A DNA stretch of 64,000 nucleotides, from positions 2,545-66,544 of the forward strand of contig JBNJDT010000006.1 of NCBI GenBank assembly GCA_051745145.1, given 5' to 3'. The notes under the pieces are model-generated. The model was not told where the DNA came from. It was given only the letters and a program-made list of their open reading frames with translations, and did no database searches. Shown in pieces: positions 58,197 to 64,000 of the stretch (positions are counted from its first letter, which is position 1; each line of letters starts with the position of its first letter). Source of the DNA: Elusimicrobiota bacterium. Its GTDB lineage: Bacteria > CG03 > SLGR01 > JAGXOG01. A program made the translations under genes and the position numbers.

Positions 58197-60770
58197 TTAA
58201 ACCGCTTTTTCAAAAGCAAATTCTTCGGTCTTACGATGGGTATCAATTTTAACCGTATCCCCTTCCTTAAAATCCCCTTCTAATATTTTCATTGACAGAG
58301 GATTTACAATTTTTCTCTGAATAGCCCTCTTAAGGGGCCGGGCCCCGTAGTTGGGATCGTATCCTTCCTCGGCCAGTTGCTTTTTAGCATCTTCAGTAAG
58401 TTCTATTGTAATATCTTTCTGCCGGGCGTATTCCCTTAAATTATCCACCTGAATATCTACTATATTTTTTAGATCGCTCTCATTTAAACTGTTAAAAAAT
58501 ACTATATCATCCAACCGGTTTAAAAATTCCGGTTTGAAAGTTGCCCGGAGCTCATCCATTATCTTTTCCTCGCCCGTATCCTCTATAATATGACGGCTTC
58601 CCAAATTGGAAGTCATTATTACAATAGTATTTTTAAAATTAACCGTCCTACCCTGGCCATCGGTTAACCGGCCGTCGTCAAGTAACTGCAACAATATATT
58701 AAACACATCCCGGTGAGCCTTTTCTATTTCGTCAAACAATATTACTGAATACGGTCTTCTCCGGACTGTTTCAGTCAGCTGCCCCCCCTCGTCAAAACCC
58801 ACGTATCCGGGAGGGGAGCCTATCAATCTGGATACCGAATGCTTTTCCATATATTCGCTCATATCTATACGGACCATGGCCTCTTCATCATCAAACAAAA
58901 ACTCAGCCAGAGTTCTGGCAAGTTCTGTTTTCCCCACACCGGTCGGTCCAACAAATATAAAAGATCCAACGGGCCTATCGGGGTCCTGAAGCCCGGCCCG
59001 GGAGCTTCGCACAGCATCGGAGACCCGTTTTACAGCTTTGTCCTGGCCTACCACCCTTTCTTTAATCTTACTTTCCATATTAATAAGCTTCTGTTTCTCA
59101 CTCTCCAACATTTTAGATACGGGAATCCCGGTCCATGAAGACACAACTTCCGCAATTTCATCCTCATCAACTTCTTCTTTTAAAATGCGTTTGTCGGACT
59201 GCAGCTTTTCAAGCTTCTCTGCCTTGTTTTCAAGTTTATTTTTTAAATCATTTATAACGCCGTATTTCAGTTCGGCGGCCCTCTCAAGATCCGTCTCTCT
59301 TTCCGCCTTTTCCTGTTCAATTTTAGCTTTTTCTATTTTGTCTTTTATATCCCTTATTTTTACTATTAGATCTCTCTCCTGTTTCCAGTGACCTTTGAGC
59401 TCATCACTTTTTTCGCGTAAATTAGCTAAATTTTTCTTAAGTTTACTTAATTTTTCCCGGCTGGCTTCATCTTCTTCTTTTTTAAGTGCTCTCTTTTCTA
59501 TTTCCAGTTTACGTATTTTACGCTCTACTTCATCTATCTCTGCAGGCATACTCTCTATTTCTATATTTAATCTTGAAGCAGCCTCATCTATTAAATCGAT
59601 GGCCTTGTCCGGTAAAAACCTGTCCGTTATATACCTGTTAGACAGGGTGGCAGCCGCAATTATTGCCGAATCTTTTATCTCAACCCCGTGGTATACTTCA
59701 TATCTGTCTTTAAGCCCCCTTAATATGGCTATGGTATTTTGAACGTCCGGTTCTTTTATAAGTACTTTCTGAAACCTTCTTTCCAGGGCTGCATCCTGTT
59801 CTATATGTTCCCGGTATTCATCTAAAGTTGTAGCCCCTATACATCTTAACTCCCCCCGGGCCAGCGCAGGTTTTAACATATTAGAAGCATCAACCGAACC
59901 TTCAGAGCTTCCCGCCCCTACAACTGTATGCAACTCATCAATAAAAAGTATTATTCTGCCGTCAGAACTTTTTATCTCTTTTAAAACTGCTTTTAATCTT
60001 TCCTCAAATTCCCCCCGGAATTTAGCTCCGGCAAGCAGACTGCCAAGGTCAAGTGCTATAACCCGTTTATTTTCAAGGGATTTCGGTACATCTTTTTCAG
60101 TTATTCTCTTAGCCAGCCCTTCAGCTATGGCCGTCTTCCCGGTACCCGGTTCTCCGATAAGTACGGGATTATTCTTTTTACGACGGGAGAGAACTTGAAT
60201 TACTCTTCTTATTTCATCATCTCTGCCTATTACCGGGTCCAGTTTGCCCTTAGAGGCCAGGTTAGTTAAATCTCTGGCGTATTTTTCCAGTACTTTATAT
60301 TTTGATTCCGGATCCTGGTCAGTTACCCGCTGCTCCCCCCGGATATCCTTAAGTCCTTCCAGTATATCTTCTATTTTAATATTATAATTTTCTCTTATCT
60401 CTTTTATTTTTCCGGTATTTTCCTCCAGTATAGCTAGCAATAAATGTTCCACGGAGACATATTCATCTTTAAATTTCTCTGATTTTTTAAAGGAATTATT
60501 TATTACGCCGTTAAGTCTTTGAGATAAATACACTTCTCCCCCGCCGGAAATACGGGGTCTGTTTTCCAAATCTTTTATAAGTGTCTTTTTTACACTCGCA
60601 GGGGAGACTTCCAGTTTTTCTAAGATAGAACCTGCTATTCCATTATCATCTTCTAATAAAGCCAAAAATAAATGTTCTACATCCAACTGTTGATGTTCCC
60701 ATTTTCGGGCAAAACTCCTCATCTTTTCTATAGCTTTTCTTGCTTTAATAGTTAATTTATCTAATTGCAT
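58197..60770 (-). CDS. clpB: Chaperone ClpB
   Basis: Clp-N domain, two AAA modules ([16 protein letters not shown]), long coiled-coil middle domain; no ClpP-binding IGF/LGF loop recognised. Confidence 0.97.
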   Translation of the reverse strand: MQLDKLTIKARKAIEKMRSFARKWEHQQLDVEHLFLALLEDDNGIAGSILEKLEVSPASVKKTLIKDLENRPRISGGGEVYLSQRLNGVINNSFKKSEKFKDEYVSVEHLLLAILEENTGKIKEIRENYNIKIEDILEGLKDIRGEQRVTDQDPESKYKVLEKYARDLTNLASKGKLDPVIGRDDEIRRVIQVLSRRKKNNPVLIGEPGTGKTAIAEGLAKRITEKDVPKSLENKRVIALDLGSLLAGAKFRGEFEERLKAVLKEIKSSDGRIILFIDELHTVVGAGSSEGSVDASNMLKPALARGELRCIGATTLDEYREHIEQDAALERRFQKVLIKEPDVQNTIAILRGLKDRYEVYHGVEIKDSAIIAAATLSNRYITDRFLPDKAIDLIDEAASRLNIEIESMPAEIDEVERKIRKLEIEKRALKKEEDEASREKLSKLKKNLANLREKSDELKGHWKQERDLIVKIRDIKDKIEKAKIEQEKAERETDLERAAELKYGVINDLKNKLENKAEKLEKLQSDKRILKEEVDEDEIAEVVSSWTGIPVSKMLESEKQKLINMESKIKERVVGQDKAVKRVSDAVRSSRAGLQDPDRPVGSFIFVGPTGVGKTELARTLAEFLFDDEEAMVRIDMSEYMEKHSVSRLIGSPPGYVGFDEGGQLTETVRRRPYSVILFDEIEKAHRDVFNILLQLLDDGRLTDGQGRTVNFKNTIVIMTSNLGSRHIIEDTGEEKIMDELRATFKPEFLNRLDDIVFFNSLNESDLKNIVDIQVDNLREYARQKDITIELTEDAKKQLAEEGYDPNYGARPLKRAIQRKIVNPLSMKILEGDFKEGDTVKIDTHRKTEEFAFEKAV

Positions 60771-60824
60771 TTTTATCTCCTTTTTATGTGTTTTTTAAAA
60801 TTTTTATTTAGCGATTTACTAGTT

Positions 60825-60854
60825 TTTAGATGTGTATAAATATAAAACGTTTCA
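60825..60854 (-). promoter_or_regulatory. Putative ECF-sigma promoter TGAAACG-N15-CATCTAAA (clpB)
   Basis: Same boxes and spacing as the hsp20 site. Confidence 0.75.
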
Positions 60855-60926
60855 AAATAACTGAAAATTATATTCAGGTATCTCTTAATTTAGGTTGGTC
60901 TTTACAAAAAAAGAAGTGCTTCCCGG

Positions 60927-61157
60927 TTAAAACTCTATTTTAATTTTTAAAGATTTGTAAATTTTTCTGCGGGTTTTATCGGGGATCTTTTTATCTTCAG
61001 TTTCCCGTAAGTAGCGTACTGTTCTTCTAAAGGATCTGTATATTAGCTTACAACGGGAGTTTTCCCGAAGTTTTTTCTCAAATTCCCGACACATCTCATC
61101 GGAGAGTTCGCGATCATAATATTCTGAAAGTAGCTGGCAAAATTCTTTATAATCCAT
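60927..61157 (-). CDS. Soluble anti-sigma factor, degenerate zf-HC2/ZAS type
   Basis: LLSEYYDRELS pattern; overlaps the ECF sigma stop; canonical HxxxCxxC reads KLRENSRC. Confidence 0.75.
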   Translation of the reverse strand: MDYKEFCQLLSEYYDRELSDEMCREFEKKLRENSRCKLIYRSFRRTVRYLRETEDKKIPDKTRRKIYKSLKIKIEF

Positions 61158-61764
61158 TTTTTACCTCAGACTTTTTAAAATATTCATCTAACTTTTCCCG
61201 GACTTTTAATCTTGCCCTGTGAGCTCTGGATTTAAATGCGGGTACGGAAATATTCATTATTCTGGCACCCTCTTTATTGGAAAACCCCTGAATATCTTTA
61301 AGAATAATAGCCGGACGATATTTATCGGGCAATTGTTGTATAGCTTTGTCTATTACTTCCCCTATCTCTTTCTTTTCTACTTTATTTAACGGATCTGATG
61401 TCCAATTATCTTCATATTGCCTTTTAAAGTTATCGGAATTAGAAGAATTAAAAGGTTTATCCAGAGAAATAGAGTTTTTTCTCTTTTCTTTTCTCTTTTT
61501 CATCAATGCTGTATTAACAGTAACCCTGTAAAGCCAGGTAGAAAATTTTGAATCACCTCTAAAAGTATCCAGTTTTTCCAAAACTTTTTTAAAAGTTTCC
61601 TGAACCACATCACCAGCTTCCTCCTCATCAGAGGTAATTTTTAAAGCTATATTATATACCTTTCTTTCAAATTTTTTTACTAAAGCCCCTCGAGCGTTTT
61701 TATTGCCGGCTTTGGCCTTTTCAATTAAAACTTCGGTATCAGTATCTTTATTCAGTTCCTGCAA
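61147..61764 (-). CDS. ECF RNA polymerase sigma factor
   Basis: DVVQETF, FRGDSKFSTWLYRVTVN (region 2); LPDKYRPAIILKDIQGFSNKE...FKSRAHRAR (region 4). Confidence 0.95.
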   Translation of the reverse strand: MQELNKDTDTEVLIEKAKAGNKNARGALVKKFERKVYNIALKITSDEEEAGDVVQETFKKVLEKLDTFRGDSKFSTWLYRVTVNTALMKKRKEKRKNSISLDKPFNSSNSDNFKRQYEDNWTSDPLNKVEKKEIGEVIDKAIQQLPDKYRPAIILKDIQGFSNKEGARIMNISVPAFKSRAHRARLKVREKLDEYFKKSEVKNGL

Positions 61765-61766
61765 TA

Positions 61767-61797
61767 TTTAGATGCCTTATTAATAACTTTCGTTTCA
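61767..61797 (-). promoter_or_regulatory. Putative autoregulatory ECF promoter TGAAACG-N16-CATCTAAA
   Basis: -35 box overlaps the maoC stop codon; -10 box ends 2 nt before the TTG start of the sigma gene. Confidence 0.7.
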
Positions 61798-62244
61798 TTC
61801 TGGTTTTTTACTTTTTTGGGGAGCAATTACTTTTGCTTTTCCTCTCACTACTATTTTCTCCGCCTCATTTGTCACTTTATATTTAAAAATACACATATTT
61901 AATCTTTCTTTTTTCTTAACCAGTTCTATGGTAGCTGTAACTGTTTCGCCGATATAGGCCGGCTGGCTGAATTTCGCGGACATCTCCCGGGCAATTGTTC
62001 CCAACCCCGGCAGTCTAGTTCCCAGCATTCCGGAAATTATCCCGGTAAGCAGTACTCCGTGTACAATACGGGATCCGAACTGAGACTCTTTAGCATACTC
62101 ATCTTCCATATGAAGCGGATTGTAATCTCCGGTTGCCCGGGCAAAAGCCTCCACTTTATCCTCATTTAATTCAACCTCCACACTTTCTGTATCCCCCACA
62201 GATATTTGATCAATTGTTTTACTTTTTTGCATAAAAATCTCCAA
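61795..62244 (-). CDS. MaoC/PhaJ-like (R)-enoyl-CoA hydratase
   Basis: FARATGDYNPLHMED, RIVHGVL, LPGLGTI, FSQPAYIGET. Confidence 0.9.
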   Translation of the reverse strand: MEIFMQKSKTIDQISVGDTESVEVELNEDKVEAFARATGDYNPLHMEDEYAKESQFGSRIVHGVLLTGIISGMLGTRLPGLGTIAREMSAKFSQPAYIGETVTATIELVKKKERLNMCIFKYKVTNEAEKIVVRGKAKVIAPQKSKKPE

Positions 62245-62282
62245 AATTTAGTTTACTATTATTTATAACTTCCACACCTTAA

Positions 62283-63104
62283 TTACCAGGGATAATGTAC
62301 TCTTAGGTATTTAAAAAGTTCTTGGTTGTAAGATCTGTAATAATCTTCGAGAAAATCATATACCTGATCATTAATATCCGGGTATTTTTCATAATTTGTT
62401 ACATTGATAGGGTCCATGTTTTCCGGTGTAAAACCGGGATCAATACCTAAAAACGTAAAAACCTCCCTTACAGTTTTACGGGGATCCGCAAAAAAATGCT
62501 CCGCACACTTTATATAAATTTGTTCCCTGCTAAAATATTTAAAATATTTTTTTAACTGTTTTATATATTTTCCGCGCTCAAGATAGGTATATCTACGGTA
62601 CTGTTTACTGCTTTTTTTAACATTTCCGCTATTCTCTTGAAGTTTTTTAAAAGAATTTTTTGTTCGCTCTTCCTCTTTTTCAAAGGCTTTCATTACAGAA
62701 AGCTGTTCCCGTCCGGCTCTCTTCTGATGCATATACGAAGATATAGCTCTATCTACAGGATTTCTCAAAAGAACAATTAATTTAACATCCGGAATCTTCT
62801 CGTAAATACGCTGGGGAGTACGGGGGTGACATATATACGATGGTGAAGCTTCACCGGTTATTTTATCATTATTGAGCTGTTTTTTATATGGAAAATGTGA
62901 TTTATACCACAGAAATCCTCTGTGGTAGTAGGTGTCAAAATAATGTACTTCTTTTTTATACGAAGGGATAAAATCAGGATGCTGTCCTAGATAAGAATAT
63001 AATGAGGTCGTTCCAGATTTTTGAGCTCCGATTATTATAAAGCCGGGTATTGCACGCTTATAAGCTGTTACAATATCCCTAAGTCTTTTTAACAGATTCC
63101 CCAC
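62283..63104 (-). CDS. PAPS-dependent sulfotransferase (heparan-sulfate sulfotransferase-like family)
   Basis: PGFIIIGAQKSGTTSL (5'-PSB), KEVHYFD, GEASPSY, LLRNPVDRAISSY (3'-PB). Confidence 0.9.
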   Translation of the reverse strand: MGNLLKRLRDIVTAYKRAIPGFIIIGAQKSGTTSLYSYLGQHPDFIPSYKKEVHYFDTYYHRGFLWYKSHFPYKKQLNNDKITGEASPSYICHPRTPQRIYEKIPDVKLIVLLRNPVDRAISSYMHQKRAGREQLSVMKAFEKEEERTKNSFKKLQENSGNVKKSSKQYRRYTYLERGKYIKQLKKYFKYFSREQIYIKCAEHFFADPRKTVREVFTFLGIDPGFTPENMDPINVTNYEKYPDINDQVYDFLEDYYRSYNQELFKYLRVHYPW

Positions 63105-63171
63105 CTATCCCTTCGTAACACCTTCGGTTACAAACCGATATGAACTTAACTCTAAAATTATTTTTTGTTAT

Positions 63172-63363
63172 TTATAACTTTTTTACGTTTTCCGCTTTTA
63201 AACCTTTTTCTCCGTCAACTGAATCAAATTCTACCTGGTCACCTTCGTTTAAAGGTCCAAGTTCTATGTCATTTGCATGTACAAAATGATCTCCGCTTCC
63301 ATCTTCAGGTTCTATAAATCCATAATTCTTTCTGTCGTTAAAAAACTTTACTGTACCTTTCAC
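63172..63363 (-). CDS. Cold-shock protein
   Basis: GTVKFFN, KNYGFI (RNP1), HFVH (RNP2), KGLKAENV. Confidence 0.96.
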   Translation of the reverse strand: MKGTVKFFNDRKNYGFIEPEDGSGDHFVHANDIELGPLNEGDQVEFDSVDGEKGLKAENVKKL

Positions 63364-63493
63364 TTTACTATTCTCCTTTAATTTTTACCTGGAAGAACTT
63401 ATAAGTCTTCCTATCTTCTTTTGAGCAACTAATTGATTTACCTTTTTATCAATCTATTTACTCAAATTTTCCTAAAATTTAACTTGTATTTAA

Positions 63494-63523
63494 AGTATAT
63501 GTTAAAACTAGTGTAAATGTCAA
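63494..63523 (-). promoter_or_regulatory. sigma70 promoter of the cold-shock gene
   Basis: TTGACA (63523-63518), 18-nt spacer, TATACT (63499-63494). Confidence 0.7.
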
Positions 63524-63626
63524 ATAAAATTTAAGTAAATAGGATTTTCTTCCCCATATTATTTTGTAATGATTTGCTAATATAATAATATTTCATTATT
63601 AAAAATTCATCCCCATCTATTTTGAA

Positions 63627-64000
63627 TTAAGATGAACTCATAAAATCTTCGATCGGGTTTATACTTCCAGCAAAGAAATCGTCTTCTAAATATTCATGGT
63701 ACCTGCGGGCCCTGTCTACATATTTTTTAAATGACTCCATATTTTCATCCGATACCGAACTGGCCGGCGGAAATTCCAATTTTAAAAAATTTACCGGTTT
63801 CCCTCGGCGCTCTATTCTAAAATCCAGGTGAGGTCCGGTGGCGGTCCCGGTCATTCCCACATAACCAACAACCTGTCCCTGGGTAACGTAATCCCCTTTT
63901 TTAATACCCGGGGCGTATCTATTTAAATGCGCGTACTGGGTAGTATAAACTGAGTTATGGCGAACTCTTACCGTCCTTCCCCAGCCACCGCGCCATCCCA
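63627..64000 (-). CDS. M23-family metallopeptidase, C-terminal part (5' end outside the window)
   Basis: Extending the frame gives GWGKTVRVRHNSVYTTQYAHLN...VTQGQVVGYVGMTGTATGPHLDFR (HxH-like M23 motif). Confidence 0.9.
   Translation of the reverse strand, partial: GWRGGWGRTVRVRHNSVYTTQYAHLNRYAPGIKKGDYVTQGQVVGYVGMTGTATGPHLDFRIERRGKPVNFLKLEFPPASSVSDENMESFKKYVDRARRYHEYLEDDFFAGSINPIEDFMSSS

Noticed and set aside
60771-60926. CIRCE (HrcA), CtsR or HAIR operator upstream of clpB
   Set aside because: Only a loose half-site (TTAGCGATT) with no matching inverted arm; the shared ECF-type motif explains the region better
3278-61531. The many 60-175 aa ORFs in the track that lie antisense to or nested in recognised genes (e.g. 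3278-3583, 6197-6502, 26219-26743, 33554-33967, 59038-59391)
   Set aside because: Shadow frames of well-supported genes; Ser/Phe/Ile-rich mirror composition, no motifs, no SD

Overview
64 kb of core bacterial chromosome, AT-rich (roughly 35-40% GC by eye). The organism looks like a diderm anaerobe: it has a PorV/PorQ-type barrel, lipoproteins, a 2x[4Fe-4S] ferredoxin, AmmeMemo genes and the c-di-AMP cyclase CdaA. The gene repertoire resembles Elusimicrobiota-type lineages, but that placement is an impression, not a computed result. All but three recognisable protein genes, and all three tRNAs (Met-CAT, Gly-CCC, Arg-CCG), lie on the minus strand. Most genes are housekeeping: pcrA, metG, ricT, holB, tmk, glnS, gltX, hisG, tsaBE, nnr, acpS, pdxJ, cdaA, folPE, ftsH, hpt, tilS, gpsA, plsY, der, hflX, dtd, pncB and clpB. 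No transposase, integrase, prophage, rRNA or CRISPR array was seen. Five observations stand out. (1) A PilV-PilX-PilW minor-pilin operon carries a PorV/PorQ-family barrel and a 7-blade FG-GAP propeller protein with a T9SS-like C-terminal domain at the usual PilY1 position. (2) An archaeal-type cyclic 2,3-diphosphoglycerate operon (2PGK, CBS, iPGM, divergent cDPG synthetase) is present. (3) The motif TGAAACG-N15/16-CATCTAAA lies upstream of an ECF sigma gene, clpB and hsp20, suggesting a local ECF heat-shock regulon with a degenerate zinc anti-sigma. (4) An uncalled 27-aa ORF after cdaA looks like the membrane helix of CdaR alone. (5) A GH57 amylopullulanase-like lipoprotein appears to have lost its catalytic residues. 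All family assignments are motif recognition from memory; no searches were run.
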